Below, in pieces: positions 1-13,666 of a stretch of 64,000 bases of DNA; the stretch's first letter is position 1, and the number at the start of each line of letters is the position of its first letter. Both the position numbers and the translations under genes were made by a program. The notes beneath the pieces were generated by a model. It had not been told where the DNA came from, ran no database searches, and was given only the letters and a program-made list of their open reading frames with translations. The DNA is from Trichinella spiralis (lineage: Eukaryota). The stretch spans positions 3,016,945 to 3,080,944 of the forward strand of contig NW_003526948.1 of assembly GCF_000181795.1 (NCBI RefSeq), read 5' to 3'.

Positions 1-70
1 TTCCGAATATTAAATACAAATGAGCAACGACGATGATAACAATGCAAATAAATATAATAAAATAAAGAAA

Positions 71-3000
71 TTACTCTTTCTGTTCGGCGCCAATTTCAAA
101 TCGTCTGAAACACAGTTACTACTATCAATATAATGTATAATAATAATAAGGCGAAAAGCAGTCGATGATTATTTGTCGCACGATGTTGAAGTGCCACGCT
201 TACCTGGTGGGTGATTTGCCTTGCTCGACGCTCTTTTTCAAATGCACCAATGATTCGACAAACTGTTCGCCCATTTCGATCAAATCGCGAGTTGTAATCT
301 GATGTCCCTGGAAAAAGAAAATAGTTTCATCATTTGCAAAATCAGTAAGTTGAATAAATTTATCGAAATCAGTATACGCTCATCACCTTGTAACCACCAG
401 TGTCAAATCCAGCATAGGAAGCTTCAAGTGTGTAAGCTCGGCTGATGCCAGTATCACGCCAAATTGCCACACGAGCTGATCCTTCTTTGTTCTTTTTAAT
501 AGTAAAAGCGCAATATTTCAGTTCAAATGCTGTTGATGTTTCGTCCAAAATTTCGGGAAATTGCTGAAAAGGATAAAAAAGGATCATTTTTCAAAAGACG
601 AATTTAAATGAAACGAAACAAATTTACATAATCCATTAACGAACGAACATACTGACTTACATAAAATTCGAATCCATGCTTTTGCAAACGGTCACCAGTG
701 TACCAGGATAAGTTTGGATTGTTGCCATAGAGGAAAACGTTCATTTTCCTAGAGTGACCGTGAAAATCACAGTACACCTAAAGAAAATGAAAAAAAAATC
801 AAAAACATTTTATTTGGTTTTGAAAATTTAACAAAACAAATTTTACAAAAGGAGTTCGACCAATTCGATGCAAGTAGGATATCAGATTTTTCGTATGATA
901 TATGGAAGGATACATGGATCGTTCAGGGGCTACCCATTGGCGATTCAAATCCTTGCCGGCCAGAGAGCAACGGTGATTGCCATTGATGACACCGTCGACG
1001 TTAAGCATCGGTATGAGCTTGAAAATGAATTTCGATCGAGCCAGCTTAGCGAAAGGATGATCGCTGATAAGATAGTTTATCATTCCTGAAATGAAAAGAC
1101 AACGAAATTAAAAATTGCTAAATTAACACTGGTATATATGTAGTATATAATACCATGCATCATCCAGCTCGAGTTCGATTCGCCTGGATGAATACGCGCA
1201 GAGAGTACAACAATGTCTCGTGATTTCAGTTGAATACGATCACCCAATTCAGTAACTGTTACCAAAATGACCGGATTGCCGGACAAAGTGTGGCACATCA
1301 CATCCGTTCTGAAGTGGATATCTTTTTTCAACGACAAAAGTTGATTCGTTTTCACCAAATGTGTCTAAAAATATACAAAAAAAAAACAATTAAAAATTTT
1401 CACACCAAGGTCTGTTCACATATATGTATGTATTCATTTTTTCCACTGTGTTCAAAAATTCACACCTTCAACATTGTATACGTGTACGGATAGTGGTAGG
1501 CGAAATAGCAAATGTCGTATCGATGGCGAAAGTGAACATTGAACGAAGCTGTGTAATAAGAAGTAATCGTTTCAGAAGATTTGGCAGCTGCAGAGCTTGA
1601 CCCTCGCGAGTAAAAATTCCTATAATAAACACAATTGCCTCCAATTCGTACCCAACCAGGACGACCAAGCAGTGCTTCCGTGACTGAAAATACCAACGGC
1701 TGCATGCCTAACAAATAAAAAAAAAAGAAACATAAAATTCATCTGTTTATTCATCTATCTAATAAATATCTAATAAATTCCAATAAATCTAATAAAATAC
1801 CTGAATTGTACAAAGAGCGAGTTTTCACGCAGTTGATGATGTTCAATGTGTAGCTGATTTCAGTCAGCATGTTCGACACTTGAAAATAATACGTGTGATA
1901 GTATTCATTCATTTGATTGGTATCCGGAGTTAAGATCAGATCATATTCATACGGACCAACCTGAAAAAATAAAATATTTAATATTAAAATAAATTTCAAA
2001 ATAAAGCACGGAAAAAAGAAGAAGAAGAAAAAGAAGATAATAATGCTTGCTTGCCTGAATCACTTTGCGTAAATTGCCACCTTCGAAACGCGATTCAAAT
2101 TGCAAAGAAGTAGTATCAGAATTCGACCTGCCAAGTCTGAAATTATTTATTTATTAAAAAAATACAAAAAAAAGGTGTGTGCATGTACAAATGATAGATA
2201 AATAGATATGAATGAAATTTTATCTCACTTTACAATATCATTGTTAAGTATAAATCTTGAAGTATTATAAGTTCGACGAGTAGCCACCAATTGATCAAGA
2301 TCATAAACTACTTTGGGAATGTAATCTTTATTCGACTCTAAACGTTCAAGCAAATGACCAACCATGTTCCTACAAACAATTAATAATCAAACAAGCCGAT
2401 TTGATTATCAAGATGAAGATTATCATCATTACAGCAGTGCGTTTGGATAGCATTTCAACTTTTGTTGGGGCAAATTGGGATAACAGCCGTGCATATCTGG
2501 ATAACCGAGACTTTCGAACGGTATCACCGAACGAGTGGATACTGCTTGACAACAGTAGTCGATCCAGTGGTACCAGGTCGGCAAGCCTGACTGTGATTTT
2601 TCCAACAACTGCTCGGTAATCGAGCGATGCTTGCCGCTGAGTCGAATTTCACGCAAACTGGAGATACTTCTGCGACGCTGGCGTTGGTTAATTTCCAGCA
2701 TAAAGTTTTCCAAATCGGCCATTTCGACCAACATGTCGTCGGTTTGCTTGGCCGACACCTTACCGAAAGTGCCGTCTTTGGAAAGCAAAGTGCCGTAATC
2801 CAATTCACGGGTCAGGAAACGATACCAGTGGGTCTCTTTTTGGAATATGCGTAATGGAATCGGAGGCTTTTCACTTTGCGATGCACGACTCATCGCCTCA
2901 TCATCAGTCTGAGTTAGAAATGTTTCAGGAAAAATACAAAAAGAAACATCATTCAGAAAGGCAATCAAACAACTCGGACACTAATCTCGGCACTCCAGTT

Positions 3001-5697
3001 AAATTTTACCTATTACAGAAACGGTTCACCGGCTTCGGTAATAATACTGGATATTCTTAAAGCATATCAATCTAGAATGCTTGCAATAAATCACCGAAAG
3101 ACCGCTGAAGTCATTTTCTTCAACAACATCATATAATCAATGCCACAACAACAGTCGAACGGGAGGACAATAGCGGAGAGTGTGAGAGTTAGAGAGAGAG
3201 AGAGAGAAAGAGAAAAAGACAGAGAGAAAGGGAAGGAGGAAAGAGAGAATGAGAGAAATAGAGATGTAATAACAGCAACAATGACAAAAATGAACGCAAA
3301 TGAAAAAGAATATGCAGCATGCCATGAATATCTAAACGCAAGATACATAAAATAATTCCACTTACATCAGTCAAAAAGCCAGCCGCTACAGATATATCAT
3401 CTTCAGAATCTAGGCGTTGTTCAATCGATCAGTCACAGTGGAAATGAACTGAAAAATGTGGACAAATTTCTACTTACCACTAACTGCTTCAGGTGGATCT
3501 GGAGTCGAGTGTTGAATTTCAACAATCGACACGTCGACCGGATATTTCATATTGTCAATTGGCAACGGTCGCATCGGCAAACATCGTATGCACAACGAAC
3601 TGATCGAATGGTACATGTGACTGCAAAGAGGACTCGACGCTTCCGACTCATCAAATGATCGAATCAAATCTCTGAATATTTCCAAACCATTGCAGGCAAC
3701 CAAATTCTGTCTGCCAGATACTGGAGAATAAAATTTTAAAAATCATGATGATGATGATGATGATGATGAATCAAACCAACAATTGCTTACTAGTTGAAGT
3801 CAACAAACGCAAAGTGCCCAACGCAGCGTTGCAATTAATCTGCGAAATATTATCATCTTTGCCGAAAAATGCTCGAAACAATTCCAACACGGACGGAATA
3901 ATACCCTGCGAAACTAACGCTTTGCGAGTTTTTTCTAAACATTTCGAAATTTTGTTCCCCGGATAGCAGTCGGTATAGGAAAGGAAAGAAATTAAAAATT
4001 TTCCCACTAACTTGGTTTAGCCATCAAAAACAACAATTCGGCGTATTTTCGGATCACAGACGGCGTTGTTTTTTCGCATTCTGCAAAAACTTTCTTCAAA
4101 AATGGCACCATCATCTCATTTTTCACCAAAGCCGACGCGTTTTGGCCTTAAAAAAGAAACAGTCCATAAAATCAAATATACATAACATACGGTTGAGCAT
4201 GGACGAAAATTATCCTAACCAGAACGACAAGCAAACGTCAAAAAGTCCAACAAACTCTCAGTAAGCGGATACTGAGCAGTATTGCACATTACATTGATGC
4301 ATATGTCCAACAGACCCACAAAACGAACTTTCATGAAAAATCTTCCATCTGAAAAATGTTCAACATTTCATTTTTTTATTGGAAAAATTTCAATTTGTTG
4401 AAAATCGAAATACCAACGCTGCCGACAATCTGGATAACTGGAATCAACGCTTGTATAACGTCGATCATCTCGTCGGTTTGGTCGAATTTTCGCAAAAACC
4501 AACGCAAACATTTGCATAAAAATGATACGCCGTTCAATTTAGCCATCAATTGTAGGCGACTTTTTGGATCTACAATTATACACATATCACTTGATTTGAT
4601 CAAATAATGAAAATTGAAGTTTCTTAGGACTAACCAGCGGACGGACGACTGATAAATTGTTGCAAAATCTTCGTAAACCAAACGATCGCTTCTGAATTTC
4701 GGCAGTGCTGAAATTCAGAAATTTCACCCAATAATAATAATAATACAGTTACACATTGCCAAATTAAAGTGAAGAAAAATATTCTATTAATATCATAAAA
4801 TTGGATCATTTTTTTAATGTTAAAATATAATAATAATAATAATGCTCAATCAAACTAACCTATTCTTCAATCATCGATGCTTATCCTGCTGCTCAATGAA
4901 ACAATATATTATTTAATCTGAGCTCATTTTATCATCACCTGAACAGACAGCTTCTTGTTAATGGGATTATTTTAAAATTCTTCTCTTTTTTAAAAATACA
5001 CTTTCAGAGAAATGTGAAGAAATTGTATAACAAAAAAATAATTGAAAAAAATAACTATATATATAAAACAGTGTTCATCTGTTTCAACCACGAACATTGA
5101 TGATTCTGCATGTTTAAGGTTGAAAACTAGCCATTTGGCATTTTTGTTTGCTTCTACTGATCGTCATTTGTTAGCACTGATTGTCTATTTAGCGTGGAAT
5201 TAATTGACCGAAAGTGAGCTCCGGAATGCAATCAAAAACGTTGTAGCATTTACATTTCAGCGCAACTGGTCTCGTTGGAAAAACACTCGAACAAAATAGC
5301 AATACAATAAATAGAAACAAACAAACAAAACAAAATAGAAGAAAACAAAAACAAGTTAAACTTCTTGGGCAATTTGAAAAGTTTGTCAAAAGAAAATCAT
5401 CTTACGGTCAGCAGTAAAGTAATGATGTTCAAGTACAGTTGCTACGAAAGGTACAGAACAAGAAAGAAAAAAAAAGAAACACATGCATACCTCAAAGCAG
5501 AGTAAAAAATTCAGTAACAAAGTTTCGTCGATGTTTTCAAAATTATCCCAGAGTTCTTGGACCGATTTGTCACTAGCATCAACGCTGCATTTGGTGTGCA
5601 ACTGTCTTGCCAGATGGCTCCACTCTTCCGCATCCTTATTCACGCCCATCGTATGCTGCTGGCACAGCTTACGACACAACTCCACCGCGTTTGCCAT
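71..5697 (-). CDS. AGTPBP1: Cytosolic carboxypeptidase 1 (Nna1/CCP1 tubulin deglutamylase, M14D family), multi-exon
   Basis: Spliced exons give FESRFEGGNL, YDLILTPD, YFAYHYPYTY, RIHPGESNSSW (Zn ligands H..E), PMLNVDGVINGNHRCSLAGKDLNRQW, DFHGHS and YTLEAS (catalytic Glu). A helical ARM-like N-terminus starts MANAVELCRKL (ATG at 5697). The probable last exon RFEIGAEQKE* stops at 71-73. Internal exon boundaries are only partly traced. Confidence 0.92.
3178..3262. repeat. (GA)n purine-rich microsatellite in a CCP1 intron
   Basis: gagagtgtgagagttagagagagagagagagaaagagaaaaagacagagagaaag...; it produces spurious RERE/SLSL ORFs. Confidence 0.85.
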
Positions 5698-5741
5698 AAT
5701 TATATCGTTCACTGGTGACCGACTTGTGTAGGAATGAAAAT

Positions 5742-5814
5742 CAACTCTGCAATGAGAATTTTTATAACACTTTAAAACAAAATGATGAATCAGAAGATAG
5801 ACAATCGATAAAGT

Positions 5815-5852
<38 letters not shown>

Positions 5853-5922
5853 CTCTACAATTTGAATTTTTAAAACACTTTACAACAAAATAATGAATCA
5901 CAAGATAGACAATCGATAAAGT

Positions 5923-5960
<38 letters not shown>
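5742..5960. repeat. Tandem duplication, 2 x ~108 bp, each unit ending in a (CA)n tract
   Basis: caactctgcaatgagaatttttataacactttaaaacaaaatgatgaatcagaagatagacaatcgataaagtgta(ca)n at 5742, and caactctacaatttgaatttttaaaacactttacaacaaaataatgaatcacaagatagacaatcgataaagtgta(ca)n at 5850. Confidence 0.92.
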
Positions 5961-5973
<13 letters not shown>

Positions 5974-8489
5974 GTACAGCATGTATAGTTTAAATGAAAG
6001 CAGTCGTCAAACAGAAATGTCCGTGAAAATGAATACTAAAAAGCTGAACAGGAAGTAGACGCCGACAGCGAAAAGTACACGGAAATTGCATCGACAAACA
6101 ATCATCCAATAACACGGCTTATCAAAATGCCAAACTGGTTTTAAAACTTTAAAAAATGCTAATCTGATCTGTGATGCAGTAATTTGAAAAACATTTTTAA
6201 AAATTAGTATATATATCGCCCAGCTTCCGCAGTATCCATTTCCTAGTAAAAAAATAAGAGGAAAAAAAAACAGACGTCATTTGTCGCTAAAACGATCAAC
6301 ATTTGAAAAAGTAATTTCAAAGAAATACGTCAAACATTGTCCGAATATAATTTTGAAAAAGAAAAAAAGAAAAATACGTATATTTGTGTGTTGAATGAAA
6401 GTTCGTATTCATCAGCGCAGTTCATACTGATGAAATTGATACGAACATTAAAAATGCAAAATAAGTTTCAAATTGACCACCTTACTACTACTCTTGTGCA
6501 TGATCAGAATTGTAAATTATTTCAAAATTCAATTGAAATAATTGATCAATTTGAATGGAATAAAAATATTAAAGATGAAAAAAATAACGCTATTAAAAGA
6601 ACAGAAAGCACGGAAACGAACCCGTCCGACCGTTGACAATGGCAGCGATACCGAAATGAAACTGGTTAATTAAAATCTACGGTACAAAAAGCACAAGACG
6701 CTTGGAAACCTGTCCTTACCCCCCCCCCCACTCCCGTCAGGGCAACAGCAAAAATACTGATGAAACTGGACAACAAGCAAATCCAGAAATGTATAATCAA
6801 GTGAGAAGCGGAAGAAGAGGCTATTATGATTTATAAATTTATGCATTTCTTTTCGCCAAAGTAGAAATACACTATAGTAGTTCCCCGAGCGAAATTGCTT
6901 ACGTCACAGATGACCAAGAAGAAGAAGAAGAAGAAGAAGTAATCGGTCGAAGCCTGAAGCATCATTAAGCTACTATGTAAAATGGAAACAAACAAATTTA
7001 CAACAATTTTAGTAGTGTTTCAGTAATTATTATTAATTATTTCAAATATAGTTTAACATCAATAATTGACATGATGACACAAACGTGCATCGCTCTATCG
7101 AGAAAGAGAAAGATACATAAGCATTTTGCAATATTTATGCATAAAAGTAAAAAATAAATGTTATACATTGAGAAAAAGTGATTTATAAAAATCACGTCTC
7201 AAGAAAATGTAAAAATACGATGACCCAAATGACGAACATGTCTCTAAGAATGGATAAGAATCGTACGACTGTGACGCCGCCATATTGATAAAAACAAACT
7301 GCTATTCAAACTAGATACCTTCACTTACCAGTACATAAATGAATGCTCAGCAGCACCGTTTACCGTAACGAACAGCTCTTCAATAAACAATAAACGCTAC
7401 CATTTCCCCCCTCACCCCACTTTTATACAAAATCAAATGTTTCAAATAACGTGATTAACAACAAGAAAATTAAACACCAGAACATATTGTTCCATGTGTA
7501 TGGTATTGAATTGAAAAAAGTTTGCATATGAATAAAATAACCGTTAATGAAATTTTGAAATTGAACTTCGTCGTTTTCATTCTATAAAATAAACCGCCAA
7601 AATATAAATGGAATAGAACGGCACAATTTGACCAAGTTTTTGGAAATTTAATTTCGAATAAATTGGGACATTTTCATCTTGTCCAAGTTGGTCATTGATG
7701 AATTCACCAAAAACTGGCGTCGATCGACGACATCTGGATCAAAAATGGAAAATTGTTACTGACGAAAGAAAAAAACTCCTGAACATCCAATACTGTGCAA
7801 TACTGTAATGGGAATCCTCGAATTTTAAACTGTTCTTCTTCTTCTTCTTCTTGGATCAGTTGTCCAGTTGACACGACCAACTGACAATGTGGTCAACATT
7901 GCACTGTCTGTGCATTGTTTTCCAATGTGACGATCAACTTGGTATAGATTTCAAAAAGAAAAAACTGAACTTTTACTGTGAAATGATGATGATGAACAGT
8001 GGCGGACTGGGATCAAGGGATAAAAGAAAAATTTGCACGCGTTCTGCTTCAAAAGTGGACGAAATATTGCTGCTGTTTGGGGTGGAAAAAGTTGTTCATC
8101 AACCGATTTGATGATGTCGACAAAATTTAAATATAACAAAATCAACGTTAAGAATAGAATAGAATAGAATAGAATGGAAGAGAAGAAAAAAACAACTAAA
8201 CCACGAACAAAAAGCAAAAAAAAAATGTGAAAATATATTCTATCAAGCTGGCAATTGAGATTGATGAGTAACGTAAGAAAAACGTTTCTTTTTTGTTGAT
8301 TTAAATAAAAATCACCTGCTGCACATGTATGTATGTGCGTATGGGTGTGTCGGTTGGTGGAGAAAGGAAAAGAGTTGCAGTGGATGATGGGGCTGTGAAA
8401 ATTGAAAAAATAAGCCGACCAGCGTGTGCGAAAGGCAATTTCAAAAGTACAATCGATATTTTGTTCAACTCTGTATATGTATATATTTG

Positions 8490-8860
8490 TCAGCCCTTTT
8501 TGCCGAATTGATTGATCGCCACAGCACCCGGCATTGTGGTGACGTATCCGCTGCTGCACCTTACACTGTGAAAAAGATCGATGCCAACTCGGCTTCCCAT
8601 AACCGCACCCGCGTATTCCCCAGCCCGTTGTCCATTCAAATATTGCACACATTGGACAGTCACGCAAAATCTATTGAATGAAAATACGAAGAAATAAATA
8701 AATAATTTATATTTCTATATTGTTTGTTCGACATAATGGAAAAGTGAAGAACAGCACATCATTTGTATAATATTTATCATCGGTTAGAGCTCACCGATCA
8801 GACGGACGCCAAATTAGAATATGGCATAGTAAATAATTTCCGAATCCCATCCGAACCATC
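8490..8860 (-). CDS. Possible small two-exon hypothetical protein
   Basis: MVRMGFGNYLLCHILIWRPSD, then a CG|GTGAG donor, splices in frame (phase 2) to a GC-richer exon RFCVTVQCVQYLNGQRAGEYAGAVMGSRVGIDLFHSVRCSSGYVTTMPGAVAINQFGKKG*. No family recognised; coordinates approximate. Confidence 0.25.
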
Positions 8861-11800
8861 TATCTCGTCAACTATTGGATTTTGCCGTTTTTCTACAGCA
8901 CAGCAATTGATACAGCGTGGAAAGAATAATTGAAAACTGAAATACCGAAAAAAAAGCGTAACAAATTTCAAAAATTGTGTCGAACTGCTTTTACGCAACG
9001 CATCAACATCAAGCATGTGAAGTTGGACTGAAACTGAACATTTCCAAAAGCAGATAAAACAATACCGAAAAAGGATGATTTGTAAAATTCGGATTAAAGG
9101 GATAAAATTGATGCAACCAAGCGAACGATTAATTTCATCACGAGTCAATTCTACGGGTTTCAAGGGAAAATTGAACAAAACATTGAACAACAGCACGGCG
9201 AAAAGTATTGCTTACGTTTGGATGATTGGATTTCAGTTCTGATCATAAAACTGCTCAACAACAACCACAACAACAACAACAACAAATTGGTCAATGGGCA
9301 GTGTCCCATAGCAATGATCATTGAATAGGCGAGAGTTTGAAAAAATTTATCATTATGCAACAAAATCATTCAATTCGCTGCTATTCACCACACATACACA
9401 CATAATGCCTACCTCGAACAAAATTAATACGGTAGTTTTTCGTTTTTGATCAAGAGGTACATTCATCTTATGATAGATAAATAAAAAAAAACAAACAAAT
9501 CAGTGCATTCTGTAGGATATGAATAAGTAAGTTGGCAGTATAAAATGTGTATTGGATTCGATGATTGGAAATTTCAAAAAAAAAAAAATTTCAATCCGAT
9601 CAACTTTAACAACTATATAATATATTCATTTGTTCAATTATGACAAACAGACGAACAATCAACGTCACCGACATGACATAGTTGTATTGAAATGTGAAAT
9701 AAGTCCATGCTGTTCGTTGATAGCCTAACTTTGATCACAAATATTAAAAATTTTATGAACTGTGAACAAAAAAATAAAAAAACATTAATAAGCATGAATG
9801 AAGAACAACAAAGTTGCATTTTTTTCAGTGAAATCATTGTCATTGATCAATTGATATGACTAACCGGCGTGTAGAATGTTGGTCATAATTTCAATTGCCC
9901 GTTTGAAGGGAATAATTTGCAGCTGTGTGACAAATGAACATTAATGCAAAACTGTCTCTCAGTAGGATGATATGTAATTGTTTGACGAAAATTACGTCCG
10001 AGGCCATCAAACGATCCGGCTGAAAAATATTCAATTCAACACTGACGATATTAATGAGCAAAGCACTTTGTTGTTCTTCGTATTTGGTTTCAATTTATAG
10101 ATGGCAAATTTTATTTATACACCAACCGAATTTCAAATATATACAACAACTGCAAATTTGATAATTTTAACAACTGTTTGCAATGGGCAGTTAGTTCAAG
10201 GTGAAAAATTTTCCACAATATGATGATTGGAATGGAAATATGCAAAAGGGTTGGTTAAATTTATGCTGTTTGAAAATTTTGTTCGGCAAACAACGTGACA
10301 ACTGCTCGCTCGAGCTGCAGCAAATCGACAATTTCCACTTTCAACTGCAGCAACTGTTCGAGTATATTTTCAAAAAAAAAATATCATAATTTTCTGAACA
10401 ACCATCATCATTCTTTTTTTTTTCGCATCCACTACAAACTATCGGTGTAATATTTTATCTTTTTCAAATGTAAAAAGTAACAAATTCAAAAATTGTGCAC
10501 AATTCAAAGTGCAATCGTCGTCAATTCGAACAGAAGTACACTTAGCCAAGTCGAACGGTGGAACTTGAACAAAATCGCGTTCATTCAATTTTGTCACAAA
10601 AAAAATTTGAAAAAAAATATGCTAATGTCTCACAGTTGCTAGTCAAAGTGAAAAGAGTAAAAATTTTCCCATTCTATTTTTGGTAATTATCAAACTACAA
10701 TCTACTGTAGAACTTGATTTTCATTTTTGTAGCTCACAAAAAATATCGATCGAATAAAATGAAATGAGGACGAAAAGGTGACCAAAAGAAAAAAAAATTT
10801 CGTAAAAAATCCACAAAATTATTAACAAAATTTAATTTATACTACGAAGAGTGTATTAATTTCGATTTTAAATTTCTTTGACTGCAGTATACAATTGAAT
10901 CCCAGGGGTTGAATTAGATAAAGAAGTTTTGATAAATGAAAGAAAATCAGAAAAAAAAATAATAAATGCAGAACAATAATGATCGATCGATCGTGTGTGT
11001 ATAGGTGTGGATGGATGGGTGATGAGAAGAATTTTTGCTGCTCGTATAGCATCTGAGCTTTTTGCTTTTTGTTTTTGCACAATTGAAAATATGTTTGTTC
11101 GTTTTTGCTTGTTGTTCAGTTTTCACGGACGCTCTGAATGAATGATGGATGAACTTTTGGAAATGGTTATAAAAATAAATAAAAGCGGACGTCTAGGCAA
11201 TCAATAACAGACAAAGTATCATCATCAATTTGAACATTTGCCCCGTTGTAAGTAGAGAAATTGAGCACTTGAGCAACACTCAACAGCAAGAAGGAAGAAG
11301 AAAAAAAAAAGAAATGCAAAATTAAAAATATTCAAATATATGTTTTCTATTTGAATTTATAAAATAAAATTTATTTGCAACGTGAACTGTTGCTTATCGA
11401 GCAAACCGCCCCATCCGGTTGTCCAAACGTTGCAGATAAGCAGTCGTAATAGAGAAAAAAAAAGACGAAGAAGAACAGGACAAACGACGGCTCGAAAAAT
11501 TTTGCAATATAGCAGCAGCGGGCTGTCAAAAGATGATTGTTGCGCTGTTGAAAAATGAAACTGAAGCCAGCGCTTGTTTTCTTCCACATCATTCACGTGT
11601 TCAAATAGGCATCTCTTTTCTCAGTGGTCGTCGTCGTCGTCGTCGACACTGTTTTTGGCAAATTTGCTCATTCCGAAATAATTTGAATACGGTGGCGATG
11701 GCCTCCGCCGGTGGTTGGCCATGTTCGTCTTTCTCTATTACAGAATAGCCAGCTATTTCGGCTTATTCCACAAGGTAAAAAGCAGCCAAAATTGTTCTGC

Positions 11801-12616
11801 CCAATTTCCAATTATCCAATTCCAACACTACCTACGATAAATTCGTCTCGTTGTTTATTTTCGGCTCCCGATACTGAGGTTGTCGGTGGAAAAAAATTCA
11901 CCCTCCAAAAGCGACAATTTGGTGGCAATTTTCGAAAATTTATCCAAATGGAAACGCCCACCGGTAAGTTTATATTCGAATTTTTTTTGCTAATTTGCAT
12001 GAATAAAATTAAAAAGAACAAACTTTTGTACAAGTTGTGTATTGTGCAGATTAAGTTGACCAAACACAAAACAAACACGAATATGATGTTCTGATATTAC
12101 AATGGATTATAGGAATTGTGCAGGAATGAAATAGTAGTTTGTTGTTTAGTGGATTTGCAAGTTCTGATAGTTGCAAAAGCAAATTTCCAACGTTCTCACA
12201 TAATGTAATTTGTGCATCATCAACTCGTTCTTGCAACAGAGCAAGTCGATTATTGCACATGCGTGTCAGTTGTATTGTTAAATTTTGTTTGAAATTTTCG
12301 GGAAGAAAAATTCACTTTACATTCGTCAAAATTCAAAAGATGATATTTGAATTTCTTTTTTTTTTGAACTGAATTTAGTAAACCAAATTTGTCAGCAGGG
12401 GGAAGGGAGGGGGGATATTTTGGAAAAGCGACAAGTAAAAATAGCTACGCTGCTCAAATAAATCTGCCCGTTTGTCATCCAATGAAGATGTAGATTTTGT
12501 GTATAATTAGGCAACAGTGCTGCTAATTCTGCCCATTTGTAAGAACGTGTGATTTATTTAACGTTTCGAACAAACTGTTTTGCAATTGCGAAGAAGAAAT
12601 TTTTCAACCCTTCTCA

Positions 12617-12887
12617 ATGGACAAAATGACGATGAAAGCATCAAATGAAAACATCCCGATGATCACCATAAATCCAAGTATATATACATTTTCAATAATA
12701 AAAATATTTTTCAGTGAAATTATTATTTTTAAAAATGAAATTTTTGAAACAAAATTTAAGAAAAAAAAAATACATCTTACTAGGTATTATTCTTTTACGT
12801 AATTTTGAATTCTTGGTCGGAAATTTGTTCGACGTGAAAATAACAGACGAGCCGTTGATTTCGTTGTTGGAAACTTTTGTTGGTTGA
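12617..12887 (+). CDS. Possible two-exon small ORF (54 aa)
   Basis: Exons 12617-12677 and 12784-12887 join in frame (A|GTATA...TAG|GT): MDKMTMKASNENIPMITINPSIILLRNFEFLVGNLFDVKITDEPLISLLETFVG*. No homology recognised. Confidence 0.2.
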
Positions 12888-13666
12888 ATCGTCGTCAAAT
12901 TCCATTGCTCAAATGTTAACAATTTTAAACAACAGCGAAAAGAAAAATTAATTAATTAATTAATTGAACAACGATGAAAATCATCACACGGAATAGGCAT
13001 TTGAAAATGGAAAGTATACTGTAAGTGTAAGTGAAAACTGGAATTTTTATCGACACCAAAATGAATAAAAAAAAATTCCACTTTTCCATTTGATCAAATA
13101 AATCAACCCCAAGTGGTGTTTGTTATTTCAACAGATTTGCATCTCAATTTCTACTGATCAACGGTCGATTCAATTTTCTAAAATCATCCTGAACAGTTTT
13201 AGTTTACTTGAAACCGGTTGTCCTCGACCAAAAATTTCCCACAAACAAGTTCACCTTGTCAAATTGATCGAACAAAGTAATTAATATGGAAATTTTTCAA
13301 AACTCGAACAATTCAAACATACTGTAAGTGAGAAATTATTCTTTTTAATAGTCGATTTCATTTTTCTTTTCGGGCGGTATAAATGAAAAGTTGAAAATGA
13401 ATTATTGGTTGAGGGGGAGGACATTTTTTCGAAAGTTGAATTTCTTGTTTACACACGTTCGTTCGATCAAACAGATGCGATCATTATTTTATTGGTCGAC
13501 TTGGAAGTGGGAATCGAATGCACAAATATTGAACGACGAAATTCGAAGAAACTATTTGGACGGATGCTGTGGAATAATATTTTTCCATGGCAAAATTAAT
13601 CTAATTTCAACATATATACAATAATATTGGTGTGTGCCATTATTGTCAATTTCTTCACATTACACC

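Noticed and set aside
8615..11432. Shared WTTGWG peptide in two minus-strand ORFs (ccccagcccgttgtcca vs ccccatccggttgtcca)
   Set aside because: Similarity is limited to ~17 nt with no flanking homology, and the frame is probably not the coding one at 8.6 kb.
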